NCBI GenBank assembly: GCA_041743285.1
Contig: JBGTNB010000304.1
Span: 1-50,313, forward strand
Reading direction: 5' to 3'
DNA: 50,313 bases
Source: Gemmatimonadaceae bacterium
GTDB lineage: Bacteria; Gemmatimonadota; Gemmatimonadetes; Gemmatimonadales; Gemmatimonadaceae
Shown: positions 7,986 to 17,735 of the stretch, piece after piece
How the letters are laid out: the number at the start of each line of letters is the position of its first letter
Numbering within the stretch: position 1 is the first letter of the stretch
Notes under the pieces: model-generated
Database searches by the model: none
Seen by the model: the letters and a program-made list of their open reading frames with translations, nothing else
Told to the model about the DNA's origin: nothing
Made by a program: the position numbers and the translations under genes

Positions 7986-8460
7986 GTTATGATAACCGCA
8001 GGAACCACAGATTTCGCAGATTTCGCAGATCCCGCAGCACAAGCTGTAGTTGGCGATCTGCGTAATCGGCGTAATCTGTTGGTTGCTTTTGTTTGCAGTT
8101 TCCTGGAGCGAGACCAACTCGTGTCGGCGGGACGGACAACCTTTTTCGTTTGCGGTTAGGCAAACCGCAGGAACCGCAGATTACCAGATTTCGCATGCCG
8201 CGAGCAAACTGTAGTTGGCAATCTGCGTAATCGGCGCAATCTGCGGTTGTTTTCTCTTGCAGTTCCTCCAGCAGCGAGTCCAACTCGAGTCGGCGGGATG
8301 ACCAACCGACATCATTTGCGGTTATGAAAGAACGACAGGAACCGCAGATTACGCAGATGTCGCAGATGCCGCGAACAAACTGGCGGTGACGTTCTGCGTA
8401 ATCGGTGTTGTCGGCGTTTGTTGCCGCCGGCATCCCGAGTCATCTGCGGAATCCCCGTTT
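7986..8460. repeat. Tandem array of ~2.7 copies of a 166-169-nt unit, each unit a hairpin with CGCAGAT-type repeat arms
   Basis: Units start at 7986, 8155 and 8321 (GTTATGA/GTTAGGC/GTTATGA..AACCGCAGGAACCGCAGATT..). In each unit AACCGCAGATT.. pairs with ..AATCTGCGGTT. Confidence 0.8.
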
Positions 8461-8891
8461 TATCGCTTATTGGAGTCGCCGCGCGGTGTGCCCGTCAGCT
8501 GCACCAGCACCAGCTCATTACCATACAGATCGGCGATGTGAGCTGATACTGCGCCGCTGTCCTCCACTGGTGCCCTGCGAATCTGCACGCCACGCCGAGA
8601 CAGTTCCTCGGCGGTCGCTCGGCAATCGGCGGTGTAAACAACGAACAGTGGATGACTGCCTGCCTGACGACCTACCAGACCGAGGTCATCGCCCGTCGCC
8701 CGCAGCATCCAGAGCCCGACCGGCGGTGTTCCTCCCTGTCCGGCGACGCCGATGTGCAGAAAACGCTGGCCGGTCGACGCGGTCTGATCGTACAGCACGA
8801 CGAAACCGAGGGCGTCCCGGTAGAAGGCGAGCGCCTCATCGTAATCCCGCACGAGGAGCACGGTCCGCCCTAACGCCTTGAGCAATGCCAC
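8460..8891 (-). CDS. VOC (glyoxalase/bleomycin resistance/dioxygenase) family protein
   Basis: 143-aa ORF with the family-typical N-terminus LLVRDYDEALAFYRDALGF. Confidence 0.7.
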   Translation of the reverse strand: MALLKALGRTVLLVRDYDEALAFYRDALGFVVLYDQTASTGQRFLHIGVAGQGGTPPVGLWMLRATGDDLGLVGRQAGSHPLFVVYTADCRATAEELSRRGVQIRRAPVEDSGAVSAHIADLYGNELVLVQLTGTPRGDSNKR

Positions 8892-8954
8892 CTTCTGTCG
8901 GAGATGCCGCCGGCGGGCGGGAACCGTCTCACGAGCACCCTTCCACCGGTCATG

Positions 8955-9335
8955 CTATGCAATGGCCGCTACCGCCTGGATCTCGATGAGGCAACCCTCG
9001 CGCAACTCGGGCACCGGGATAACCGCGCGCGCCGGTCGATGGTCGCCCAGCACGCGTGCGTACACCGCATTCACCTCCGGCCACAACGCCCGGTCGGTAA
9101 TGTAAATGGTCATCGAGCAAACGCGATCCAGGCCGCTCCCCGCGGCGCGGAGTATCGCCTCCACGTTGCGCAGCGTTCTTTCCGCCTGCTGTGTCACATC
9201 GTCAGGCGCGACCAGCGCGCCAGACGAGGGATCGAGCGGGAGCTGGCCGGCAACGTAAACGATGCCATTGTGAACCACGCCCTGGGAATAGTGACCGGCA
9301 GGTGCCGGCGCGTCGGCTGTCGAAAGGAATTGCAT
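8955..9335 (-). CDS. ridA: RidA/YjgF family reactive-intermediate deaminase
   Basis: 126-aa ORF with GHYSQGVVHNGIVYVAGQLPLDP and C-terminal IEIQAVA, both family hallmarks. Confidence 0.8.
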   Translation of the reverse strand: MQFLSTADAPAPAGHYSQGVVHNGIVYVAGQLPLDPSSGALVAPDDVTQQAERTLRNVEAILRAAGSGLDRVCSMTIYITDRALWPEVNAVYARVLGDHRPARAVIPVPELREGCLIEIQAVAAIA

Positions 9336-9398
9336 ATGGAATGCGGTGTGGTGAGGCGTCGCGGGTAGTTAGGCTTACGGCCCATTCTGTCGGTGCAG

Positions 9399-9923
9399 CT
9401 AGGGTACGATGCGCACGTAGGTGAACACTGCTCCGATGTTTGGCGCACCGTCGAGGTGCTGCATGCGCATCGTGAGCACATCAGGCTCGATCGTCCCGGT
9501 ATCGGTGTAGGCGGGAAGGGGTACCGTGCTTGACCGCAAGAGTAAAAGGCGCGTCCCGTCCACACTATAGCCGCTCACCAGTGTATCTGGACGCGGGTTG
9601 AGAAAACTCAGCGAGCGAATGTCGAAGACGCGCTGACGAGTTCGGAACTCCATTCGTCCATCTAGCACCCGATGTTCGATGAGCATTCCTTCCACGACCC
9701 GGCTCACGTACGCGTATGGGAGCGGTGAGCCGTTTACGGATACGAGCTGAAAGGATCCACGAACCTCCTGGGAGGGCTCGGTGCTTTCTCCGCACGCCAG
9801 GAGAACGGCTGCCAGGAGTCCCGCGCGCGCGACGACGATCGGTCGCCGGTTCGACGCTCGAAAGCCGCCCCGCCATGACGGGTGACGAGCGCGGCGACGA
9901 CGTGCGACGGGGGTTAGGTGCAC
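9399..9923 (-). CDS. Hypothetical lipoprotein
   Basis: 174-aa ORF with a signal sequence ending in the lipobox LLACG. No family recognised. Confidence 0.5.
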   Translation of the reverse strand: MHLTPVARRRRARHPSWRGGFRASNRRPIVVARAGLLAAVLLACGESTEPSQEVRGSFQLVSVNGSPLPYAYVSRVVEGMLIEHRVLDGRMEFRTRQRVFDIRSLSFLNPRPDTLVSGYSVDGTRLLLLRSSTVPLPAYTDTGTIEPDVLTMRMQHLDGAPNIGAVFTYVRIVP

Positions 9924-10483
9924 CAGGGAAGTGGATTAACGTTAAACGTCTTTGGCCTATCTTAGGCATGGGTTTTCGCCGACGCCAACTCCGCCTTTCG
10001 TAGATTGGTCGGGGGCACCCTGGACTGCCGGGCGCCGAACAGCCATTCGGCCTGGATCATTATGATGATGCTCGCACGGTGCTGGCGCGGTGTGAGCATA
10101 TGGTCCGGTTGGTGTCGTGCTAATGCAACGGTCGCATGCGATCGTCACTTCCCCTGGGGTTGCGCGTCTACCAGAGGGCTCCTCGCCGGAGCGCTGTCGC
10201 CCCCGCCCATGGGTGATGCAACTAGTGCAACGACATTAGCTTATGACGCGGTCGCCGCGCACGATTATGAAACTTCTCCCCGATGATTGCCAATGCGGGT
10301 GGAGCCGGGAACTGACGTTCAGCACGCCCGAACCTTGCATCATCACGGGCCGGGGCGCTGGTGCGTACGCCACGCATACCGAATCGCCGCCGACCGTTGG
10401 CTCGACATCTCGGCGTCGCAGGCAGGTGGGGCTCGATGGAACCGGCGCACAGCCGTGAGCCAGTACTCAAGGAGAATTCCAAG

Positions 10484-11575
10484 GTGACGGTTGCGATCGT
10501 AACGGGATCCGCTGGGCTGATCGGCTCTGAGGCAGCCACATATTTCGCCGAGCAAGGCATGCATGTCGTGGGCGTCGACAACGACATGCGCAAGATATTC
10601 TTCGGCGATGAAGCGTCGACTCGCTGGAACCGGGACCGGCTGTCGCAGCGGCTCGGCGCAAACTACGAGCATCACGAAACGGATATTCGAGATGCGAAGG
10701 CTGTCGAAACGCTCTTCCGCCGCTTTGCCGGCGATATTGGCCTCGTGATCCACACCGCGGCGCAGCCGTCCCACGATTGGGCGGCTCGCGACCCGCAGAT
10801 GGATTTCACCGTGAATGCGAACGGCACCCTCAACGTGCTCGAGGCGGCGCGGCTGCACGCGCCCGACGCGGCGTTCATCTTCACGTCGACCAACAAGGTT
10901 TACGGTGATACGCCTAACCGGCTGCCGCTGCTCGAGATGGAGACTCGCTGGGAGATCGACCCCGCACACACCTACGTGCAGGGAATTCGCGAGGACATGT
11001 CGATCGATCACACCACCCATTCGCTGTTCGGGGCATCGAAGGTCGCTGCCGACGTGATGGTTCAGGAGTACGGACGCTATTTCGGGATGAAGACGGCCAC
11101 CTTTCGCGGTGGCTGCCTCACTGGGCCCAACCATTCGGGCACACAGCTGCACGGGTTTCTTGCCTATCTAATGAAGTGCGCGGTCACCGGAAACCCGTAC
11201 ACGGTGTTCGGCTACAAGGGCAAGCAGGTGCGCGACAACATCCACAGCGCCGACCTGATCGCCGCCTTCCACGAGTTCGCCAAGGCGCCGCGCTCAGGCG
11301 AGGTGTATAACATCGGTGGCGGCCGATTCAGCAATTGCTCGATGATCGAGGCGATAGCGCAGTGCGAAGAGCTGACCGGCCGGGCAATGACGTGGAGCTA
11401 TTCCGACACGAACCGCATTGGCGATCACATTTGGTGGATCAGCGACAACGGCCGCTTCGCCGAGCATTACCCGGAATGGGTGCAGAAGTACGATGTGCCG
11501 GCCACGCTGCGGGAAATTCACGAAGCGATGGCCGAGCGGTGGCGCCCGGAGCCGGTGTCGGCGGCCGCGCCGTAA
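10484..11575 (+). CDS. NAD-dependent epimerase/dehydratase (CDP-paratose 2-epimerase-like SDR)
   Basis: GTG at 10484 lies 10 nt after AAGGAG. Contains [14 protein letters not shown] (GxxGxxG) and the YGASKVAAD catalytic YxxxK. The ORF is open from 10361, with an alternative ATG at 10436. Confidence 0.8.
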   Translation: MTVAIVTGSAGLIGSEAATYFAEQGMHVVGVDNDMRKIFFGDEASTRWNRDRLSQRLGANYEHHETDIRDAKAVETLFRRFAGDIGLVIHTAAQPSHDWAARDPQMDFTVNANGTLNVLEAARLHAPDAAFIFTSTNKVYGDTPNRLPLLEMETRWEIDPAHTYVQGIREDMSIDHTTHSLFGASKVAADVMVQEYGRYFGMKTATFRGGCLTGPNHSGTQLHGFLAYLMKCAVTGNPYTVFGYKGKQVRDNIHSADLIAAFHEFAKAPRSGEVYNIGGGRFSNCSMIEAIAQCEELTGRAMTWSYSDTNRIGDHIWWISDNGRFAEHYPEWVQKYDVPATLREIHEAMAERWRPEPVSAAAP

Positions 11576-11644
11576 AAACTGACGCTGGGCCGAGTGGTGC
11601 GGAACGGAGCTGCGAGGCTTCGATTCCAAGGTCGCCTGACGAGC

Positions 11645-13375
11645 TCAGAACCGCTCGCGCCGCACTTTAACCACTTTCCCGCGAATCGTCGTTCTGCGTA
11701 ATGCGGCGACGATTGCATCCGCATCGCGCTCCTTGACTTCGACCAGACTGAAACTGTCGGCGATGTCTATCGCGCCGATGTGCTGGGAGCTGACGCGCGC
11801 TTCATTGGCGATCGCTCCCACCAGGTCGCTAGGACGCACGCCCGATCGCCGGCCCAGTGGCACATATATCCGGACGAAGTCGCCATCGTCCCGTGGGTCG
11901 CCGCGGCCCCCGCGCTTGGCGGGCTTGGAGCCGCCGCGTGTCGATCTCGAATCGCCTCGGCGAGGCTCGGGCGGACGTGTCGTTCGCGTGCGCTGTTCGC
12001 GTGGTGGCGGCGTGACATCCACATCCTCCATTTCGCGCGCACCGATCTCGTGCACCAGCTTGATCGATGCGGCGGCGATGTCGACCAGGGCAAAATTGTT
12101 GGCCAGCGCCTCGGCGATCACGGCGTAAGGCGAGAAATCGCCGCTGTCGAGAACTTCGCGCACGGCGGCACTCGTCTGCTCCATCTGGCGGGCGCGTACA
12201 TCGACGACGGTCGGCACCGACTCGATGGAAATCTTGCGCTTGGCAACGTTCTCTATGCTGCGAAGCAGTCTGGTCTCCTTCGGCTCGAGCAGTGTGATCG
12301 CCACCCCTTCGCGGCCGGCTCTACCGGTGCGTCCGACACGGTGCACATAGGCGTCCGGCGCCGAGGGAATATCGAAGTTCACCACGTGCGACAAATGCCC
12401 GATGTCGAGGCCCCGCGCCGCGACATCGGTCGCGATGAGCAGCTCGGTGGTCCCGTCGCGAAAACGCCGCATTACGCGATCGCGCTGCTCCTGCGACATT
12501 CCGCCGTGCAGCGCCTCGGCGCTGTAGCCCCTTGCTCCGAGTACCTCGGTCAGCTGATCGACCTCGGTTCGCGTTCGGCAGAAGACAATTGCCGAGGCGG
12601 GGCTCTCCATGTCGAGCACGCGTCCGAGAGCTTCTATCTTGTGTTGTCGCGCTACGACGAACGCGATTTCCCTCACGTGCGACTTCTTCCCGGCCACCGC
12701 CGCCTCACGCACGATCGTTATTCGGAGTGGGTCGTGCAGGTGCGTACGGGCGATCGCAGCAATGCGTGGCGCGATCGTCGCCGAAAACAGCGCGGTCTGC
12801 CGCTCACCTGGGAGTGCCGCCAGGATCGCTTCGAGATCCTCGGCAAATCCCATGTCCAGCATCTCGTCCGCTTCGTCGAGTACGACAATGCGAACCTTAC
12901 TCATATCGACACTGGTTCGCCTGATGTGATCCAGCACTCTCCCCGGGGGAGCTACGATCACGTGCACGCCGCGCCTGAGCGCACGAAGCTGCTGCTGCAT
13001 TGCCTGTCCGCCATAGACGGGAAGCACGCTCACCCCGAGCGACTTGCCGTATCGGTGAACCGCTTCCGCCACCTGCATGGCGAGCTCGCGGGTCGGCACC
13101 AGAATGAGCGCGCTCGGCGTTCTGCGCTCCGCGGCGGAGAGCGCACCGATGTGCTGAATGATCGGCAACGCGAACGCAGCGGTCTTACCAGTGCCCGTAG
13201 CGGCCTGCCCCAGCAGATCGCGGTTGGCGAGCAGTGCTGGAATGGCCTCCCGTTGGATCGGCGTAGGTTCCTCGTAGCCGAGCTCGGCCACGGTTTGGAT
13301 CAATGCCTCATCGAGGCCAAGCGCGGCAAATCCCGGAGCCGCCACGGACTCCGTCTTATTCTTGGTCGGTGTCAT
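11645..13375 (-). CDS. deaD: DEAD-box ATP-dependent RNA helicase with C-terminal DbpA-type RNA-binding domain
   Basis: Motifs ATGTGKTAAF, VLDEADEML, LFSAT and HRVGRTGRAG, an R/G-rich linker, and a DbpA-like tail. I prefer ATG at 13375 over the TTG at 13393. Confidence 0.9.
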   Translation of the reverse strand: MTPTKNKTESVAAPGFAALGLDEALIQTVAELGYEEPTPIQREAIPALLANRDLLGQAATGTGKTAAFALPIIQHIGALSAAERRTPSALILVPTRELAMQVAEAVHRYGKSLGVSVLPVYGGQAMQQQLRALRRGVHVIVAPPGRVLDHIRRTSVDMSKVRIVVLDEADEMLDMGFAEDLEAILAALPGERQTALFSATIAPRIAAIARTHLHDPLRITIVREAAVAGKKSHVREIAFVVARQHKIEALGRVLDMESPASAIVFCRTRTEVDQLTEVLGARGYSAEALHGGMSQEQRDRVMRRFRDGTTELLIATDVAARGLDIGHLSHVVNFDIPSAPDAYVHRVGRTGRAGREGVAITLLEPKETRLLRSIENVAKRKISIESVPTVVDVRARQMEQTSAAVREVLDSGDFSPYAVIAEALANNFALVDIAAASIKLVHEIGAREMEDVDVTPPPREQRTRTTRPPEPRRGDSRSTRGGSKPAKRGGRGDPRDDGDFVRIYVPLGRRSGVRPSDLVGAIANEARVSSQHIGAIDIADSFSLVEVKERDADAIVAALRRTTIRGKVVKVRRERF

Positions 13376-13386
13376 GAGGAACCCGT

Positions 13387-13477
13387 ATCGCAACTGGTGG
13401 ACCGAAGTTGATGCTCGGTTCCGGACGCGGGATGCGCGACGAGGGACGCGGGACGCGCGACGCGGGACGCGGGAGGG
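13387..13477. repeat. Scaffold-like motif (ATCGCAACTGGTGGACC) followed by a GGGACGC-type heptad array; single arm
   Basis: 13387-13403 resembles ATTGCAACTGCTTTTTACC of the elements at 283 and 37323. Heptads GGGATGC GCGACGA GGGACGC GGGACGC GCGACGC GGGACGC GGGAGGG span 13423-13477. Only a degenerate complementary arm lies downstream. Confidence 0.6.
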
Positions 13478-13727
13478 TCGGCTCCAGAGCTCGCCGAGCT
13501 GCGTGTGGCCGCTTACGCCGCGTCATGACCGCTGAAACGAGCTCAGGGATTCGAAGTCACCATTGAGGAGCGAGCTATGTCACGAGCGTGCTTTATCGCA
13601 CATGACGATGAACGGAGAGCGCGGCTCGTTGCACCATTCCACTCGTTGTTGGCCCGAGGTTTGCCCCCCGTTCACTACTCGCAAACATACTAATCCAAAT
13701 TGGCAGCAACGAAAGAGAGGTGAAGTT

Positions 13728-14372
13728 ATGCGTTCCGGAATTACCGCCCTAACAATCGCCGCGCTTGCAACGTCCGCTTGTGCACGCACGGCTACGGTCG
13801 AGTCCACCGGCGATGTCGCGCCGCAACCGACGGCCACGCCATCGACATCGGCCAGTCTGCCGGTTGGCACATCGATGCAAGTGAGGCTCAACAACGAGCT
13901 CGGCACCGAGTCGAGCAAGGTTGGCGACACCTTCACCGCCACAGTGATCAACGACGTGCGAGCTGGCGATGGAAGTATTGCCGTCCCTTCGGGATCTACC
14001 GTTCGTGGAACGGTGACCGCCGTCGATGATTCCGACGACGCAACCGATGCAGCGGTGATCAAGCTCAGCTTCAACGAACTGTCGGCGAACGGCCGCAATT
14101 ATCCGTTCGAAGCGCGAATCGAAGCGACCGACCTGAAGCAACAGGGTGACACTCGTCAGGAGACGATACAGAAGGCGGGTATCGGTGCGGCGGCGGGTGC
14201 GGTGCTCGGCGCGGTACTTGGTGATGCCGACATGAAGAACATTCTCGTCGGCGCGGCGATTGGCGCGGCGGCTGGCACGGCGATCTCGCTTGGTGCCGGT
14301 GACGTGGAAGGCACGCTTCCCGTCGGGACCGTTCTCACGATCCAGTCGACGGAGATGGTGTCGCTCCGCTAA
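13728..14372 (+). CDS. Lipoprotein with C-terminal glycine-zipper segment
   Basis: ATG at 13728 follows GAGAGG. Signal and lipobox ALATSAC, then C-terminal GIGAAAGAVLGAVLG..GAAIGAAAGTAISLGAG. The ORF-track N-terminal extension from 13563 is rejected. Confidence 0.65.
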   Translation: MRSGITALTIAALATSACARTATVESTGDVAPQPTATPSTSASLPVGTSMQVRLNNELGTESSKVGDTFTATVINDVRAGDGSIAVPSGSTVRGTVTAVDDSDDATDAAVIKLSFNELSANGRNYPFEARIEATDLKQQGDTRQETIQKAGIGAAAGAVLGAVLGDADMKNILVGAAIGAAAGTAISLGAGDVEGTLPVGTVLTIQSTEMVSLR

Positions 14373-14383
14373 CGCGGACCGGC

Positions 14384-14412
14384 TAGGAATTAGGAATTAG
14401 GAATTAGGAATC
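14384..14412. repeat. TAGGAAT heptad array (4 units), unpaired
   Basis: TAGGAAT TAGGAAT TAGGAAT TAGGAAT C lies directly after the stop at 14372. It is the same unit class as the distal part of the array at 1958-1986. Confidence 0.7.
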
Positions 14413-14427
14413 AGTTGACCGAAGATT

Positions 14428-14457
14428 GGCGGCGGCGGGATATTATCCCGTCGCCGC
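14428..14457 (+). terminator. GC-rich stem-loop downstream of the lipoprotein gene
   Basis: GGCGGCGGGATA .. TATCCCGTCGCC is a near-perfect palindrome with one mismatch. There is no clear T-tract. Confidence 0.35.
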
Positions 14458-14518
14458 TATCTGCATCCGAACGCCGAGTGGTAGGCGTTACGAAGTGAAT
14501 CGACCAGGAGTGCACCCA

Positions 14519-15259
14519 GTGACTGACGACATTGAGCGGGACGCTGCCCATCGGCCGTGGCCGATCCCGCGGTCGCCGTGGATCATGTTCCAGAGCTGGC
14601 AGCGGCTGCTCTTTGCCCACTGGCCCGTGCCTATCGAGATGCTTCGTCCGCTGGTACCCGCATCGCTCGTCATCGAGGAGTTCGACGGCACCGCCTGGGT
14701 GTCGATTACCCCCTTCTGGCTGACCGGTTTACACGCGCGCTTTCTGCCGCCTTTGCCATTCGCTTCCGAGTTTCCGGAGATGAATTTCCGGACGTACGTG
14801 CGCGCCGGCAGCAAGCCGGGAATCTTCTTCTTCAGTCTGGACGCCGGCAGCCGACTGGCAGTGATGGGCGCGCGTACTGCCTACCGCCTGCCCTATTTTC
14901 ACTCCGATATGAAAATTGTCTCGGACGCCGATTGGATCCGCTACTCCAGTCGACGGCGGAGCGAGCCTAACCCGGAATTCATCGCACGCTATCGTGCAAC
15001 CGGCACCGCATTCCAGCCACGGCCGGGCACCATCGAATACTTTCTCACCGAGCGGTATGTGCTTTATACGATGTTCCCCGGCGGGTTTCTCGCGCGAGGG
15101 GAAATCCACCATGGCCCATGGAACCTGCAACCGGCCGAAGCCCTGATCGAGGTGAATACTCTAGCGCGGGCGCACCGGATAACGCTGCCCGACCGCCCGC
15201 CGCTGCTGCAGTACTCCGCGCGGCAGGACACGCTCATCTGGGCGCCGTCGCTCGTCTAG
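14519..15259 (+). CDS. DUF2071 (YqjF-like) domain-containing protein
   Basis: GTG at 14519 lies 10 nt after AGGAG. The pattern HRPWPIPRSPWIMFQSWQRLLFAHWPVP is the family N-terminus as I remember it. Confidence 0.6.
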   Translation: MTDDIERDAAHRPWPIPRSPWIMFQSWQRLLFAHWPVPIEMLRPLVPASLVIEEFDGTAWVSITPFWLTGLHARFLPPLPFASEFPEMNFRTYVRAGSKPGIFFFSLDAGSRLAVMGARTAYRLPYFHSDMKIVSDADWIRYSSRRRSEPNPEFIARYRATGTAFQPRPGTIEYFLTERYVLYTMFPGGFLARGEIHHGPWNLQPAEALIEVNTLARAHRITLPDRPPLLQYSARQDTLIWAPSLV

Positions 15260-16941
15260 CGGCCGCCGCGTGCGAATACGCGTCCCACCCACATTACGAC
15301 GAGCCAGGCTTCTGCGCACAAGAAGCAAACGGCTATCGCGGCTCCCGCTGCCAATGCACCACTTTCGTGAAACGGCGCCAGAGCCAGGCGCGCCATACCA
15401 CCGAGCAGGGCCGCGGGCAGGAGGGCCATTCCCAGCACCAGCAGCGACAGGAGCATGACGAGCATGTGGACGCCCAGCGCCTCGATGCCGGCGGCACGCG
15501 GTGCGGCTCTACGGCCGGCGTCAGGAGATATAAGCGCGTAGCCATTGTGCACTCCCACGACGATCGTGTTGAGTGGCAGCGCCAAGCCCAGAAGAGCGAT
15601 TCCGCTATAGTACGGCAGTGGAATAGCCATCCCCGAAGCTGACAGCAGAGCCACACCGGTCACGACCATGGCGAACTGCAACGCCGTCAGGGCGAAAGCA
15701 GAGCCGGCGATCTCCGCTGCCGCCACCGCGGTGCCTGACACCGGCAGCACCCTCAGCATATCGAGTCTTGCCAAGTCGCGGCGAAAGTCGAAGCGAACCC
15801 AGAGCGGGCCGGCCACGACCAGCAACCCCCCCCAGACTACCAGCATTACGCCGAGCATCTCGCTGAGCTCGCGACGGCTCTCAATGGTGCCCAGAACGAC
15901 GATTGAGAGAAGCACCGCAATCAGAGTAGTGAGCGCCCCAGCTCGCAAGCTGCGCATCATTGCGATCACGTTCTTCCACAGGATTGCGACAGCGGGTCTT
16001 CCATTCGGAGAAAGAGTCAGTCGGGTGCGAACGGCACCTCTCTGAGTGTCACCGCGACCGCGGCCGGCCCGTCGCGCTTCCAGCCGGCGAGCCTGTCGTT
16101 CGGACGCTTCGACCGCGGCTTCTTCGAACGCCACGTCGGCAGTGAGAACCCAGGCGACATGCGCGGCTGCTACCAGCAGCGCGAACGGAGCGGCCGCCGC
16201 CCATTCCCCCGGCGAAACAGCCAGTGCGGGCTCGATGAGCATGCGCAGTGGGGCGAGCACCACGTGTGCTGGTCCCTGCTGCAGCGCAGCTCCCAGGGCG
16301 CGCAGAAAATTCATGATTCCGGCCGCCGCGGCAATCTCACCGGCTTTAGCCGAGATCGAAATGCCTAACGCAGCGGCGATGCCGACAAAGACGAGCACCG
16401 CCAACCAGTTGCGCCGGGCCCCCGCTGATCCATGCTCGAGCATGCCGGCTCGAACGAGTGAGGCACCGAGTTGGTGTAGATGCAGGGTGCCGAACAGCAG
16501 CCAGAAGGCGATGAAGCGCGCCGGTGCCGGACCGCCGGTAGATTGAAACAGCCACGTCCAGATGGCTGCATTCATCATCAGTACGATCTGCGATTTCGCT
16601 ATGCGATATGCGACGATCGTGCGGCGCCCGACCGGAGCGGGGAAGAGGAAGTAAACCTCTGCCGGGGAGAAAGTCAGCGCCTGACGATCCGCTCCGAAAA
16701 GCCACCAGCGAGCGATGAAAGCGAGCAGTAGAATCGCCGCGAGCTCCACGCCCACACCGCCGAACGGCGCTCCGGAGAAAGCGCTCTGGCCGGCCGGATT
16801 ACCGAAAACCAGGGCCAGGTACGCAACTCCGATCACCAGCGCGATCGCCGCCTTGGGCGAACGAAGCCGACGCGCCTGCCTGGTCAGGCGGTTTCTGAAC
16901 GAGTGCGCCAGCAGATAGGCGAGCGCGTTGGCAGCAGGCAT
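15256..16941 (-). CDS. Putative ABC-exporter permease (multi-pass membrane protein)
   Basis: ATG at 16941 lies 8 nt after the ATPase stop. N-terminus ALAYLLAHSFRNRLTRQARRLRSPK followed by many hydrophobic spans. The ORF-track extension to 17100 overlaps the ATPase and is rejected. Confidence 0.7.
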   Translation of the reverse strand: MPAANALAYLLAHSFRNRLTRQARRLRSPKAAIALVIGVAYLALVFGNPAGQSAFSGAPFGGVGVELAAILLLAFIARWWLFGADRQALTFSPAEVYFLFPAPVGRRTIVAYRIAKSQIVLMMNAAIWTWLFQSTGGPAPARFIAFWLLFGTLHLHQLGASLVRAGMLEHGSAGARRNWLAVLVFVGIAAALGISISAKAGEIAAAAGIMNFLRALGAALQQGPAHVVLAPLRMLIEPALAVSPGEWAAAAPFALLVAAAHVAWVLTADVAFEEAAVEASERQARRLEARRAGRGRGDTQRGAVRTRLTLSPNGRPAVAILWKNVIAMMRSLRAGALTTLIAVLLSIVVLGTIESRRELSEMLGVMLVVWGGLLVVAGPLWVRFDFRRDLARLDMLRVLPVSGTAVAAAEIAGSAFALTALQFAMVVTGVALLSASGMAIPLPYYSGIALLGLALPLNTIVVGVHNGYALISPDAGRRAAPRAAGIEALGVHMLVMLLSLLVLGMALLPAALLGGMARLALAPFHESGALAAGAAIAVCFLCAEAWLVVMWVGRVFARGGR

Positions 16942-16949
16942 TAGCCGCG

Positions 16950-17735
16950 CTAGCGGCTCCCGGCCGGCGGCTCGCTGGTGAGTGCCAGAAAGATCGCCTC
17001 CAGACCCTGCCCATCGAGTTGCGGCCGCTCGGCGATGATGCGTTCGAGCGGGCCGTTTGCGACCATCCGGCCCTGCCGGATGACCAGCAGCGAGGTGCAC
17101 AGCTCCTCGACCAGATCCAGCAGGTGAGAACTGAGCACGACCGCCGCACCTTCGCGCGCTCGCGCAATGATTGTGTTCTTCATCCGGCGCATTCCCCCCG
17201 GATCGAGACCGGTGAGCGGCTCGTCGAGAATGAGAGCTCTGGGACGGTGGAGCAGCGCACAGGCGATCGCCAGCTTCTGCTTCATGCCGCGCGAGAGCTC
17301 CGGGGAGAGCACGTCACGCTTCGCCGTCAGTTCCAGCTCCTCCAGTAGCGCGGGCGCTACGCGCTCGACATCCGCCACTCCGTACAACCGGGCGATGAAC
17401 CGCAGATGCTCGATTACGGTCAAGTCGTCGAACAGCTGCGGTTCGTCAGGCACGAATGCCAGTTCGCGCTTGGCTGCTACCGGGTCGGCGGCGAGGTCGT
17501 GGCCGGCGATGGCGATGCGGCCGCGAGTTGGGCGGAGAATGCCCGCCATGGCGCGCAGCGTGGTGGTCTTGCCCGCGCCGTTGGGCCCCACCAGGCCCAG
17601 GATCGCGCCTGGCGCCACCTCGAACGAGAGGGCGTCCACGGCGACGAGGTCGCCATACAGCTTGGTGAGCTCCTCGACGCTGATCACGGCGGCGGAACAT
17701 GGATGATCGGCCGTGGTGAAGTCAACGTCGAACAA
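16950..17735 (-). CDS. ABC transporter ATP-binding protein
   Basis: Walker A GPNGAGKTT, signature LSRGMKQKL, Walker B LILDEP. Confidence 0.9.
   Translation of the reverse strand: MFDVDFTTADHPCSAAVISVEELTKLYGDLVAVDALSFEVAPGAILGLVGPNGAGKTTTLRAMAGILRPTRGRIAIAGHDLAADPVAAKRELAFVPDEPQLFDDLTVIEHLRFIARLYGVADVERVAPALLEELELTAKRDVLSPELSRGMKQKLAIACALLHRPRALILDEPLTGLDPGGMRRMKNTIIARAREGAAVVLSSHLLDLVEELCTSLLVIRQGRMVANGPLERIIAERPQLDGQGLEAIFLALTSEPPAGSR

Noticed and set aside
7986-8460. Possible CRISPR array
   Set aside because: The units are 166-169 nt and directly abutting, with no unique spacers. Each unit is itself a hairpin, and no cas genes are in the window. This is a tandem duplication of a hairpin element, not a CRISPR array.
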